Shown: positions 12,180 through 24,860 of the stretch, one piece after another
Position numbering within the stretch: the stretch's first letter is position 1
Layout: every line of letters starts with the position of its first letter
Origin: Gracilinanus agilis
Lineage: Eukaryota
Direction: 5' to 3'
Length of the DNA stretch: 61,342 bases
Assembly (NCBI RefSeq): GCF_016433145.1
Contig: NC_058131.1
Coordinates: 591,757,626 to 591,818,967 of the forward strand
Translations under genes and position numbers: made by a program
Notes under the pieces: generated by a model
What the model saw: only the letters and a program-made list of their open reading frames with translations
The model's database searches: none
What the model was told of the DNA's origin: nothing

Positions 12180-12670
12180 GAACTAGGGTGTTAGTTATGT
12201 GAACAAAGAAAAATAGTTGTATGGGGGAGATGAAACTACAAGACCTGACAACAGATGGTCTATGAAGGGTCAATGCAAATAAAAGTTGAGGAGGACACCA
12301 AAGTTGCAAGTCAACTAGATATAAGGTGTTGATATAAGTCTTGATTGGAAGGATGATGGCAGTGTCCTCATTAGTAATAGGAAAATATAGAAAGGAGGAG
12401 GATGTGTTTTTTTTGGGAGAAAAAGAGTTATATTTTGGACATACTACATGTGAGATGTCTTTCGGATCTCTAGTTTGAAATATCTAAAAGATGGTTGGTA
12501 TGTGGGACTAGAATTCAGAGGAGAGACTAGCGTTATACGTTATATCTAACTGGCAGAAAGTAAACTCCTTGAAGGCAGGGGCTATTTTTCAGTTTTTTTT
12601 GCCTTTGTTCCCTTAGCATCTAGTTTAATAGCTTTCCCAAAGTAGGTGCTAAATAAATACTTGTTGATTC
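12180..12670. mobile_element. L2 fragments (antisense body to ~12530; sense 3' end 12545-12670)
   Basis: L2 terminus aaactccttgaaggcagggg...taggtgctaaataaatacttgttga. Confidence 0.6.
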
Positions 12671-12845
12671 AAATTGAAATGTGTATTCTTTTTAGTCTGA
12701 GTTAGATTTCTCAGGTTATACTATGTTGGTAATAAAGTAAATATATGCTCTGTTCTTATACACTTAACTGCACTCAGAAACGTATCACATCATAAACCAT
12801 AAAAGGTACTCCCAGCCCCAGCCAGATGTCTCACAAATACATTAC

Positions 12846-12984
12846 CTTGGCTATATGAGAAGGTGTGAATGATTCGATGCAAACCCATCATCACTAGTTG
12901 GGATAAAACACCTCAAAGCACATGGGTCAGTGGCATCATCTTCATGTAGAAAAGACAGGATGTAGACTTTATTCCAGTGGCAAT
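12846..12984 (-). other. Candidate 139-nt exon of an unidentified minus-strand transcript
   Basis: Acceptor ttttccttaaacaAG, donor caag|GTaatg, in non-repeat sequence; no frame open throughout. Confidence 0.3.
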
Positions 12985-13639
12985 CTTGTTTAAGGAAAAA
13001 TCAATATCACAAAGTCATTAAAATGATACAGCAAAAACAGCTTAAATGCCAGTTTAAGGATGAAAGCCAATGAGCAATCAAATTCTTGTGCACCCAAAGC
13101 ACAGTGATGACAGTTATACAGCCAGCAGTTAAAACAATGCATTTTTAAAAATTAAATTTCCCACACAGGGTTTTAACTGGCCCTCTTCTTGGCAGTCTCA
13201 GCAGAGAAAGTCAAGAGCTGTGTAAATATAGAAACACATCATCACTGCCCTTTGTTAGAGTAGAGGAACGTTCAAGATTGGGGTGGAAGGTAAAAGAGGG
13301 ACAATTGTCTTGGGGGAGATTACAGAAAAGAACACTGGTTCTGGGGATTGTCATGTGAATAAAGGGAAGGATCAGAGAGTTCCATCATATACAAAGGAAC
13401 TTTTAAGACCTAAACAGTTTTGTTTTGTTTTTCCAGATAGATGAAAATAGTGATGAGCAAAACAGAGTAGCAGGAGTAGCTCAAAGTGGAAGCTCTCTCC
13501 TGTCAGCCAAATATTTGGAGACTTCTTCAAAACAAGGCCTTAAGAATATAGTTTCCTTATTCTTTTACAGTTTTTAACCCCAGTAGCAAGTTAGCAGAGC
13601 AGCAGCAGCAACTTTGCCCCAATGGTCTCTTAATTCCAA

Positions 13640-15125
13640 ATCTAATGGGTTCTTTTTAGTTCTTATCTTTTTCCCTTTATGACTTCTCAGCAGTATCTGA
13701 CACTACCGAAGGCTTTTTCTTCTACTGACTAATTTCTTTTCTCTGTTTTTTTTGTAACCTCTCTCTAACTTCTTCCTTCTTAGAGGGATTGCTCCTCTGA
13801 TTGCCATCTGACCATTCCTTCTCAGTTTTTGGTGTCCAAGCCACTATGACTATCTCCCAAAGCTCCAATCTGCCTTCTTGCTCTCTCACTGGTTTATCAC
13901 ATCATCTCTCATGGATTCAATGATCATATCTACGTAGACATTTTCTAGATGTGTTTCTCTACAATTGTTGACACAGTAGATAGAGCACTGGGCTTGGCGT
14001 CAGGAAGAACTGAATTCAAATACAGCCTCAAACTAGCTATGCAAATCACTTAACCCTCTGCTTCATCTGTGAAATGAGGATAAAATGACACCTACTTCCT
14101 AGAGTAATTCTAGGAATAAAATGTGACAATTTTTGTAAAGTGCTTTGCAAACTCTCATCTATTATTAGTATCATTATTATTATTTAGCCCCAGTTTCTGT
14201 ATTAAGACCTGGCCAGTTGCAAGTAGAACATTTCGAACTGTACTTTCAACAGGTCCAAAATAGAATTATTTTTCCACTTTAAACCAATCAAAATTTTTTT
14301 TTTTCCTGCTGAGGGTACCAGTATCTTCCTGGTCACCAGGCTTGCAACCTCAATATAATTTTCAGCTCCTTTCTCTTGATCATCCTACATATTTAATCAG
14401 TTGCCAAATATTACAATTTCTAATTGCATTATACTTCTTGTTTCCCCTCTTTCTCTCTGCTCATATAACCACCATGATAGATTAGGCCCTCACTTTACCT
14501 CTTGCCCAGAATATTGCAGTAGCCTGTTCATTGGTCTCTCTGTCTCAAATTGCTCCTCATTCTAAACTACCATCTCTACCGCTGCCAATGTAATTGTCTT
14601 AAAGTAGAAGTCAGACCATGTCACTTTTTCTCCCAACTCAATAAACTTCAGCGATATCCTGTTACCTCCTAAATCAAACATGAAGTCCTCTGTTTAGCAC
14701 TTATAGCTCCTTACAACCTGGCCCTTCTTTATGGTTTCTAGAATTTAATATATTACTTGCCTCCATATGTTCTCTGGTGAAGCTATGCTGGCCTCATCTC
14801 TATGTCTGTGTCTTTGCATTGGTTTTCTCTCATACCTGGAATGATTTCCTTCCTCATCTCTAAATCTTCAGCTTCCTAGCTTCCTTTAAGGCTCAGCTGA
14901 AGTGCCACTTCCTCCAGGAAGTTTGTCCTTGTCCCCAGAGATATGAATGCCATGCCTTAAGGGTCATTTTTCATCTATTTTATACTTATCAATGTGGATT
15001 TGTTGCTTTCCCAATTGAAATAAAAGTTTTACAAAAGTAAGGATTGTTTTTGGTTTTTCTTTTTATTCTTGCTACTGAACATAGTAACTGGCACATAGTA
15101 AGTGTTCCATAAATTCTTGCTGATT
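13640..15125 (+). mobile_element. L2 split by a MIR
   Basis: Pyrimidine-rich L2 body ending in ggcacatagtaagtgttccataaattcttgctga. Confidence 0.72.
13965..14170 (+). mobile_element. MIR/MAR-type SINE nested in L2
   Basis: gtagatagagcactgggcttggcgtcaggaagaactgaattcaaat...cttaaccctctgcttcatctgtgaaatgagg. Confidence 0.72.
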
Positions 15126-16009
15126 TGTTAGTTTAGAAAGCAAGACATTTTTGAAGTGTGATTATCATGTAAACTGCATTATGTATATTATATATATTGT
15201 ATAAACAGTAATAATTTAATCAGTATTGGAAGCTCTTAGAATGGAAACTCCCTCCACCAGTACAGGCAGTCAGGCAATAAGACTTTAGTAAACTTTTATT
15301 ATGTGCCAGACCCTTTGCTAAGTGATTGGAATAAGAATACAAGTAAAAATAAAAATATCTACTTCCCACAAGAACCTTAAATTTTAATGGAAAAAGACAA
15401 AAAAGAAAAAGAAGATGAAAAAGGTGAAGTATAGAAGGTACCCCTCTGTAGGCATGGTGGTGAGATCTATAAAGTCAAAAAGGGCATGGGTAGGAGGGGA
15501 ATGAAGTATTACTTGTCTAGACCTGTCTAGAAAACAAAGGATTCCAGAAGGAGTTCCCACTGGGAGAATGAAACTGGCCTGGCAGAAGGATGTTCCAGGG
15601 TGATAGAACCTTAGAAACTAAGGGAAGTTCTAATGTAAGAAGTACAGTAAATAAGTTATGGTGGAAAAATCTGGAAAATCAAAAGCAGAAATAAAGGGAA
15701 TGAAGCAGATATTTTACCTATATGATCTGTAACTGGGCCACTGAGAAATTATGTGACTTACTCATGCTCACATAGTTAATATGTATCAGAAACAGGACTT
15801 GAACTGAAGTTTTTCTGATTCCAAGGCCAGCTTTCTTTCCACTAGAAATATTGTCTCTATATACAGGTAAGCAAATTAAAGGGCTATTATGTACATGTAG
15901 TAGTTACAGAGTACAGTGTCTTCCAGATCTGGATGTCCAGGGGGAAAATGGCATATTTTTTAAAATAATTTCTAGTATTTGTGTTCACAAAAGTGCTTTA
16001 AATATGTTT

Positions 16010-16170
16010 TCTTATTAGATAAAAAAATCTTGTGAGGCAGTTTCTATTATTATAAATATTTTACAAATGAGGAAACTGAGACAGAGAGGTTGTGAGAAAT
16101 CATATAGTGAGTAGGTGGCTACATCAGAATTTGAGTTCAAATATTTCTCATTGCAGTCCAATACTTATGG
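16010..16170 (-). mobile_element. MIR fragment
   Basis: ttttacaaatgaggaaactgagacagagagg core. Confidence 0.6.
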
Positions 16171-16384
16171 CAATGCCTAGCTACCAAATAGACCCTGAGT
16201 CTTTCCATAGTCTATAGCCCTCCCTCTGATCCATCTGAATGCTAAGTATACAAGATCATTTATGGTTGGAAAACGAATTTAAGTAAAACTTCAGCTCAAC
16301 AACTTTCCATAATTCCAAAATCTTTCTTCATCATAATTTTCAAATTCAGAAGTCTTTCTGAAGTGGCTCTTCATAGAAATGCAG

Positions 16385-16620
16385 ACAATTTTCTTTTTTC
16401 TCCCCATTATACATTATTTATTTCTTTAAAATATCAAGTTTTTAATTTTAGTACTTGTATTTCTGAGTGCATCCCCCCTTTTGCCCAACCCACCAAGCCA
16501 CTTTTTGTAACAAAAAAGAAAGAGAAAAAAAAGTAATTCTGCATAGCTAACCAATATATCAATCAAGTCTGGTAGAATATGCAGTATGTCATGCTCACAA
16601 CCTTATTTATGCTCATGGCT
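16385..16620 (-). mobile_element. Old L1 3'UTR fragment
   Basis: T-rich tail followed by recalled antisense marsupial L1 3'UTR. Confidence 0.45.
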
Positions 16621-16774
16621 CACACTTCCCTAACCCATGACTAGAAGCTTGTAACTAAAATTTTAAATTTATTCCTATATCATCCCCCTAGACAATGTTC
16701 AGACTGATATCTTAATAATTACAAGTTTATATATTATTGGATAATAGACTTCAAAGTGAAAGGAATTTCAGAGT

Positions 16775-16950
16775 TCATTAAGTTAAAGAATCAAAAATTA
16801 AGAATTGGACAGGACTTTAGACTTCAATTCGTAGATGAAAAAACCAAGGTGCAAAGAAAATAAATTATTTTAACCAAAGTAAGATAGGTAGTACATAGCA
16901 GAGCTGAGATCTGAATCTGTCGCCTGATTCCCAACCAATTGCTCTTTCTA
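16775..16950 (-). mobile_element. MIR fragment
   Basis: gtagatgaaaaaaccaagg...gcagagctgagatctgaatc. Confidence 0.5.
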
Positions 16951-17379
16951 CTACAGAATTTATTCATTCATTCATTTATTCAACCAATATTTACTAATTG
17001 CCTAACATGACCTACATATTATCTATGTATAAGCCTCAAATTTACATTAAAATAGGGTATGCAACACCCCCCACTTCTCAGCAGAGTATTTATGTATGTT
17101 TGAGGTGATACAAGATATAAATTAACAGAAAGGATACATAAACATGTAATTGGTCCACATCTGGAGAGGTCAGTAGTACTCTCATATTCTGCCAATATAT
17201 ATGATACCTCTGTTAAGAAAGGTGAACCAGAATTATCTGAGAGGTCATTGGTGAAGGTGCTTTCTTAGCAAATTACGAACTCCTGGCAAAACTTTTGAAC
17301 TAAGCATAATGCAATTTACCTGGGCTTGCTGCTTTTCAATTTTGCAAAGAAATTTCTTTGACAAGCCTTCCAACCTTTA

Positions 17380-19040
17380 TATTAACAAAATGTAACCTGG
17401 CTATTTCATGTATTAGCCAAGTTGAATTTTCATTGAATGGAGCTTCTTGAGATTCTATGGAGGATCAGAAATTTTCTACATACTCTTTCTTCAAAAGCTA
17501 TTCCCTTTCCTCTGATTTCATTACTTCACCAGACTTTATAGAGAGTTTTAGATCAATGTTAAATTGTTTGCTTTGTTCCTTGCATTGCATTGATCCTTGT
17601 ATCATGTTAACATTTTAACTTTCACTTTTAATTGTTGATTGAGTATTCTGGTATAGTTTTGTTTTCTAAATTCCTTCCTACACATTTCTTTTCTATTATT
17701 TTTAACCAATATACTTTTCAGTTTTGTGTGTGAGTGATAGTGATTTGATAATGATGTTTTCTTATAAATTTTTATGTCTTGACTTGCTTTCTGACATGGT
17801 GTTATTTTTTGACTCTCCTTAGAGTTTGATATCTCTCTCCTTCTAATGGTTTTTATCATGGTAATAGCTGAAACAATTTTTGGGTACAGATACAGAATTA
17901 CTTTCATATTTTCTGATATGCTGTGGAAGAACGTGTCCATTTATGATACATGAATATGGTAGTTTTTCTAAATTATTTTGCTGGGGTCTGCTTGGTCTAC
18001 TAGTTGGGTTCATGCCATCAAACTCAGAAATAACTTTTTAAAATTCCAATCTACAGATGCATCTACTCTTCAGAATTATATGAGATACTGAGACTTTTTG
18101 TCATCTATATTGTTTTTGGAGAGATATTCTGGAGAATCGATGTCAAATTACATTTAATGTCAAAATACATTTTCAGTGACTTGCTTCTTCAGTTTTTCCT
18201 TTTTCAGATTTAAATAATCCCTCATTTTTAATTCACATTTTTTCTAATGTGAGATTAAGGGAGAATTTATTTCTTACTCTTGACCTGCTCCTACACTGTA
18301 ATGTACAGTGGTGTAATTTGGAATTATGGATATTATTGCCAAAAGGAAAAAAAAAGCACAGCACACAACTCTTGCTTATAGCCCATAAGATCTGGTTGCA
18401 ATTTTGTTATGAGTTGATATTGGAACATAAGGAAAGCATTCATATTTTCAGTCCCTTTCATCTATATTTGTATTTGCCTGATTTAGTGGTCAGTGCCCAC
18501 TGTACTGAAATATTTCTAGCAGGTTTGATATTGGTATTCCTGATTTGCTGCAGTATATTACCTTCTTGTGGTGTTAGAACCTAAAGAATTACTCTCTGTG
18601 CAATTTTATCTATGAAGCTAATCATAGTAAGTCCATCCTGCAATCCTGTGCCACCGTGAACTATTCATTTATTTCTTTGGAGCAACTGCTTGACACTGAC
18701 CAAGATGCTAAGTGGCCAGTGGTACTTTTATAATCCTGAAAGTTCTTGTTAGGTCTTTACAATTACTGTTAACGTCGTGGGACACATCAAGTTGCTGTTA
18801 TGCATTGAACTTGACTGATAATTTCCTGTTTTGCTATGGCAGTCTCAACCTCCTTACCTTATGAACATGATGATCATGTTGTTATAATTATCATCCTCAT
18901 CAATGTTATTTATTCCTTATATTTTTTGTAATTCATATGGAAATAGTCTGAGCATATTACTCTCCTATCAATCTCTTATATTTAATATTCTGTAGGTGAC
19001 TAGCATCATTATTCGTATTTTTATCATCGTCTTTGAGTTT
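17380..19040 (-). mobile_element. Ancient, heavily decayed L1-like LINE remnant
   Basis: T-rich plus strand; Lys/Ile-rich minus translation (ORF 17602..17940) with weak resemblance to early L1 ORF2. Confidence 0.45.
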
Positions 19041-20119
19041 AACTCCATAGAGAAGTAGAGAGAAAGAAAGAGGAGAAGAGAAAAAGTTAAGGGGCAAAGA
19101 ATAAGAAAAGAAGGCTGAGTTAGATGTAGATGATTATAAAGCCATTTGAAAGTGATAACCCAGAATAATATGCTCTCAGGAGTGAGACAGCAGAATCCAA
19201 TCCACCTAAAGGCAAATCAATTATTTGTTCCTATTCCCAGTTCCCTATTTCCCTTAACCATCTCCCACACATACCTCAGCATTGTGTTTATATACACATT
19301 TATGGATACAAATAAACACATATGTTTAACAAACATCTGAATAACTGTCCTCATTTCACACCAGGAAGCCAAGCTTAACCAACACTTTCATATGCTCACA
19401 CCTGTGATCAAGGCATAAAGAATGGCTTACCTAAGCCAGCAGTTAACTTTTGGGATTCAAATATATGCATAAGTATAACCAATCAATTTGCTAATCATTC
19501 TTCCTTCAAAGGATATGGCTGTTGTTTGATCATTAAGGCATGTAAATTATAAATCATAAATGTAATATCCATATCTATGTATATTTACATAGATGCATAC
19601 ACACATCATAATATATTAGGGAAGTGAAATATTAGTAATTATCTAAATTTAACTTCTTATTTAAGGAAGAAAGAAAGAAAGAAAGATTTACTTTAACCCA
19701 GAGTAGCTAATTTGCCTAAAATAATACAGTTTATTTAGTGGCAGAGCTGAGACTAGATTTCCAGTCTCTTGCCCTGAAGGACAGGTGCTTTGTGTTTAAA
19801 CCCACATTTTCTAGTAGAATGAAAGTTACTTGAGAGCAAGTACTAGTTATTTTTCTTATCTTTGTGTCCACAGAACCAAGCAGAATTCCATGCATGTTAG
19901 TAGACACATAATAAATATTTTTGAATTATATTGTAAATTTCCTCTTCATGATGATGATATGACAATGACTGGATAGAGCAAAACTATATCTGAATTCAAA
20001 CTAATAATTTTTTAAGATATCCATATGTACTCAGAAAGGGTACAGATATATTGAACCCATGTAATTTTTTTAACATGCAAGCAATATGTTTAGTGTCATC
20101 TTGAATCTTTTATGGGATT

Positions 20120-20336
20120 GATCCTGAATTCAAATAGAAAGAGGACCACTAAACTATATACATAAAGATCCCTGCAGGTGTTCATTGACTTGGAAAACCA
20201 TGTAATAACATTCTCTTTGTTTTACTCAATTTTTATTTATTTTGTTAAATAGTTCCCAATTATATTTTATTCTAGTTGGGACCACCCTGGAGTGTTGTGG
20301 GTCTCCTAATGGAGGGTAGAATGCTTGGCATCTCTG
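20120..20336 (+). mobile_element. hAT-Charlie-like MITE, decayed 5' TIR
   Basis: ttcaaatagaaagaggaccactaaac...aaagatccctgcagg...gaaaaccatg body; 3' end atgcttggcatctctg. Confidence 0.55.
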
Positions 20337-21129
20337 CTCTACAATCAATGTTGTCTTGCTTAATCAAAAGGGCCGGGGGAAGACTAGGGAAGGGAATATA
20401 AATTATCTTTGAGGATAATATTGTTTTGATGTTTTGAATGAATCGGTACACCCAAATAAAGATGGTAAACCACTCACCATGGTGTATACATTAAGAATAT
20501 ACTTTCCTCACCAGCCCCTCCTTTTCCCTATTTAATGTTATGTGCATTCTAACTCTCTAGTTCACAAGCTCAGTTGTAATCAATTTGAGCTTGTAAAAAT
20601 CCTGCAGTTTAAGATCTCCATAATAGTTTAGCCCACTGATGGAGCTTCTGGAAAAGAAGGCATGCCACTAAGTAGTGCAAAAGGGGGAAGGGAAGCTTAT
20701 AAGCAAAGGATGTGAGGGGAAATTGGGAGAATCAATCAGACTTAGTGGATGCTCCAGTTAATTGATTAATTGATTAGCTTCTAGCCATTTTTCCCTAAGT
20801 CGGGTTGTTGTTGGGAAAAGTCCCATTATTGACCTTTCAGAGTTCATTTATCAAAGCCAGCTTTATACACATTGCAAATCTTGGTTCCAGGGTACAAATA
20901 TCAACTGATGGCAGAGGCTAAGGCAACAAATGGTCAGTGCCCAAATTTGAAAAGAAAAACTAAGCAATGATCCCAAAGTTAGATACATTGGTGCTTGCCT
21001 TGACAGGACAAAGTTTTTGACTCTTTTCTACAAAGTGCAAGTGTTGAATCCAGTCAGAATGAAATTCAACCTTTTCTAATCAGGAACCAATACTGTTTAT
21101 TATAAGGGTGAAAAATGATTTACTTTCCA

Positions 21130-21800
21130 AGTCAATAAGCATTTATTAAGTGCCCACTGCTAAACGATGGATATAGCTAAGACAAAAACAAAAAATACTG
21201 AACCAGCAGCCCCCTTCCTCAAATAAACCAAGCAAAAACCCCAACGCAATCCCTGCTCTCAGGGAGAGTTTAAAAATCTCAGTTGAATAGGAGAATCAAC
21301 AAGCCACCAACTATATACAAACATTAAACATAGATAATTTTAGAGAGAAGCCATTAGAATTAAAGGGAATCTGAAGAGGTTTTCCTACAGAATATAGAAT
21401 TTTAGCAGAGACACAAAGGAAGCCAGGGAAGCCAGGAAGCAGATATGAGGGAGAGAATTTTGGAGCTGAGTGACAGTCAGTGAAAATTGCCAGAACTGGG
21501 AAATGGAGAATCTCATGTGAGGAAAAACAAAAAGGACAATGCTACTAGACTATAGAGTAACCAAAAGAGAGTGAGGTTTAAGAAGATTGTAAAGGTAGTA
21601 ATGAGCCATGTTACTAAGGGCTCTACTATTGGAGTTCATTTAATAGAGGAGTGATAAGATCAGACTCATGCTTTAGGAAGAACAGTTTGTCACAGTTAAC
21701 TGAGTAGAGGATGCGGAGAGATGAGGAAGAGGTACCAACCAGAAGGCTATTGTAATAGTCCAGGCATGTAGTGATGAGGGCATGCACACACTTCCATAGA
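21130..21800 (-). mobile_element. L2 3' fragment
   Basis: agtcaataagcatttattaagtgcccactg terminus and purine-rich body. Confidence 0.65.
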
Positions 21801-22220
21801 AATACAACCCTTTGCTATTATTACTTAACTTTAGTAGATACTTAAATCACAAGTGCTGATGTGGCATGTTCCTTCCCCTTCATATTTTGAGAGGCTTCTG
21901 CCACATGAATCGTTCCCTTCCCTTCCTTCCCCACCCCTCCCCTTTCTGTAGCTCTTTCTCAGTTTCCTATCTCACTGGGCCCGATGTAACCAACATCTTG
22001 CAGACATAAAATGGAAAACAGGCAACTCATCAGAAAAGTAGCAGCTGTTTTACACCATCACAAAACAAAATCATCACACACTAAAACCAGATTTAGCAGT
22101 TTAAAAGAGCTGCTAAGACAAAATTAGATTGAGACAAGAGTGTGGTTTTGTAACTGACATTGCTTCAATCAAATCCCCTAATTCATGTAAAAACAACTTT
22201 AAAAACATTAAATGGTTGAT

Positions 22221-22377
22221 GCTTTCTAAAGGAAGGGGAGATTTCAGTCTTGCAACTCATGCTTGAAAAAAAAACCCTGAAGATTTATCTCATCGCCCTT
22301 TTTAAAAACCAATTTTAAATAAGCATTATGTCAAAACTGCAACATCTTAAATAACTGTGATGCTATATTGTCTTCTT
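22221..22377 (+). repeat. Copy A of a diverged ~160-bp local duplication
   Basis: Aligns to 23390-23554 with identical 25-bp and 24-bp blocks. Confidence 0.9.
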
Positions 22378-23389
22378 GACTCCCTGGGAAACAAGGGTTG
22401 GCCGGTATGCTCCCTTTCTTTTTTTTCCCTGGCAATTTCTCTATACTGTATTTACTCCAGATTGAAACTAGCAAAGCATTATGCTCAATTTTGTTTACAG
22501 ATGAGACATAAAACATGTGCTTCAGGCACATCTAAGCAACAAAGATTTCAGGTCATTTTCTCTACAAGTCGCGGTATTGCTAACCTCAGGATCCTGCTGG
22601 TCAAAATTATATATGTTGAGTAATTTTTTTTCAATTGGATTAAATAATATTTTCATTGCAATTTCAACAGAAGAAATTCTACTTTTTCATTGTTTTTGGA
22701 GGGGGACGGTGGTGGGGCACCAAGATAGTCTGAATGGTTGCAGTATTGTCATTAAGCATGTAGTTCTTTCCGTCCCAGAGATAGCTCCATTTATGTGCTG
22801 AATAAATGAAGTCTCAATGGAGGGTGAATTTTTAAAGCATGCTGAGAAAATTGTTATTAATATGGAAGCTGTTACCTCCTTGGCTCTTTCTGCTTATGCA
22901 CTGATACAAAATGTTGATGACTGTGATTTATTACTGAATCTTAAAATATCATTATCAGAACTTTTAGAGTTTTTTTCTTCAAATCTCCATATTTAAATTG
23001 GAGGGTTATTGTCAGCTAAGTCTATGTTTGGCTTAGTCCAGCAAGTTTAAGGTTCTTTTTCATTTTTTTTGTTTGTTTAAATTGCAATAGATACGTATGC
23101 CCCATAAAAATCCAATTAAAGCTACTTTAATAATTGAAGTTTAAAAACACATAATATGAGAGTAAAAAGGATGTAAAATATATTTTTTCTTCTGCAATTC
23201 TAATTTTAGGAACTGAAGGGAGCACTCTGTAGGCAGTTCAAGCCCAGAAAAGTATTTCTGATAAATTTTTCCACCCTCCAATCAAGATTTTTTTAATACA
23301 ATTTTGTAATTCAGAGCAGCCATGCTGCAAAACACTTAGTGAGAGCCAAGCCAAAGAAGAGGCAGAAGGGAAGCTATGCCACAATGAAG

Positions 23390-23554
23390 GCTTTCTAAAG
23401 AAAGGGGAAAATTATTCAATCTTTCATCTCATGCTTAAAACAAACAAACAAAAAAACCCTGAAGATTTATCTCATCATTCTTTTAAAGCAATTCTAAATA
23501 AGCATTATGTCAAAACTGACAACTTAAATAACAGCAGTGCTCTGTTGTCTTTAT
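23390..23554 (+). repeat. Copy B of a diverged ~160-bp local duplication
   Basis: Aligns to 22221-22377. Confidence 0.9.
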
Positions 23555-24539
23555 TAGCATCTATAGCCACCCTCTCCTAGCTCCCAAATTTCTAATATAG
23601 GGATATAAGTTTAAATTTCTCTTAGTGAGAAATTTTACCTCCTCCCTTTTTTCTATGGGATCCAATCCTAACCCTTTCCTTAAGACATGCCATATTTCCC
23701 AAATTGCCTATTTGGTTTTCTAGTGTATACTTGATAGGAAGAAAAGTTTCAGACAGAAGCACTGCTTTCTATCCAGAAAATAAGAGGTATAGAGAGAAAA
23801 GACTTCAAAATGGTTGAGGAAAATTGGGAATATGAGTGATGGCAGGGGAAGCATTTGAAAGTTTTGTTTTGTTTTAAGAAAAGGAAGTTTTCTGACTTGT
23901 CTATAAGGCAAAGCGCCTAGGTGACCACAAACCTTTTCTCTTATCCAAATTGGAGGAGGATTATAGTAACTTGCATTCAAATGGCTCTGTTCAGCTAAAA
24001 TGATCCCAACTCCATATAGTCACTAAATAGGAATGATTTCACCCACTATTGAAGTGCAGTTCTTTGGGGGAGCAGATGTTGAACAGCAGCCCAGCAACAT
24101 GGCACAACAGTTTAGGACAGGAAGTGAAGAAAAATGTATCCAACTAAAGCTGCAGGGGGAATTGAAGAAGGCAGAACATAATTACCTAAGTTGGAACTGA
24201 GCCTGGGTATTGGTGCTAACATCATTACTCTTACATTAAGAGGAAGATGTTTTTTGCTCCTAGACACAATTAGGGCCATGCCCTTAGATACTAGCAATAC
24301 TGTGGAGGAAGGTGGGGGAGAGAATTCCAAGAAGGTGAGAAGGCAGAAAGAGGAAATAAGACAGACAGACAAGAGGGCACCTTCCTTCATCAATATTCGT
24401 TGACTCTCTGTCTGCTTCTCCAATCCATTTACTTGTTGGCAGGCATCCGCATCATGTTAAAAATTCATTCTCTGAATCCAATCTGTGCATTTGCATTGGG
24501 GTGGGGTGTGATGTCCATGCGTTCAAAGAAACTGTCAGT

Positions 24540-24860
24540 GGTGTCTCTCAGATTGTTTAGAATTGGAATATCTTCACAACATGATTCGAAGCAGAGTGTT
24601 AGGAAATTCAGTAGTTGAATTTGATAGAATATTAGCACAGCATTATATTCTTTTATTAAAATTTGGAAAATATCAATTTTGACTTCCCAAAAGTCATGGA
24701 CAAATTCTTTTTTCAAATAGTCAGGAGGATAATTTTATCAGTTCTCCTTTGATTTCTAAACCAAACTACTGACATATATGGATTAGGAATTCACCAAAAC
24801 CACAAACTGAGTATGCCCATAAACCTCAGGGAAAATTGTAAGCAATTTTGTGGTTTATAA
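24540..24860 (-). pseudogene. Fossil hAT (Charlie/Buster-like) transposase C-terminal fragment
   Basis: With two frameshifts reads FPE...*IPNPY...GELIKLSS/DYLKKEFVHDFW, in the order of Charlie YFP...WIRNPF...ELIELSSD..LK..F...FW. Confidence 0.5.

Noticed and set aside
12846-12984. In-frame TGA read as selenocysteine
   Set aside because: No SECIS evidence and no selenoprotein similarity.
24400-24716. Overlapping 72-aa (+) and 83-aa (-) ORFs as a host gene
   Set aside because: No recognisable host protein; the minus frame is better explained as decayed hAT transposase.
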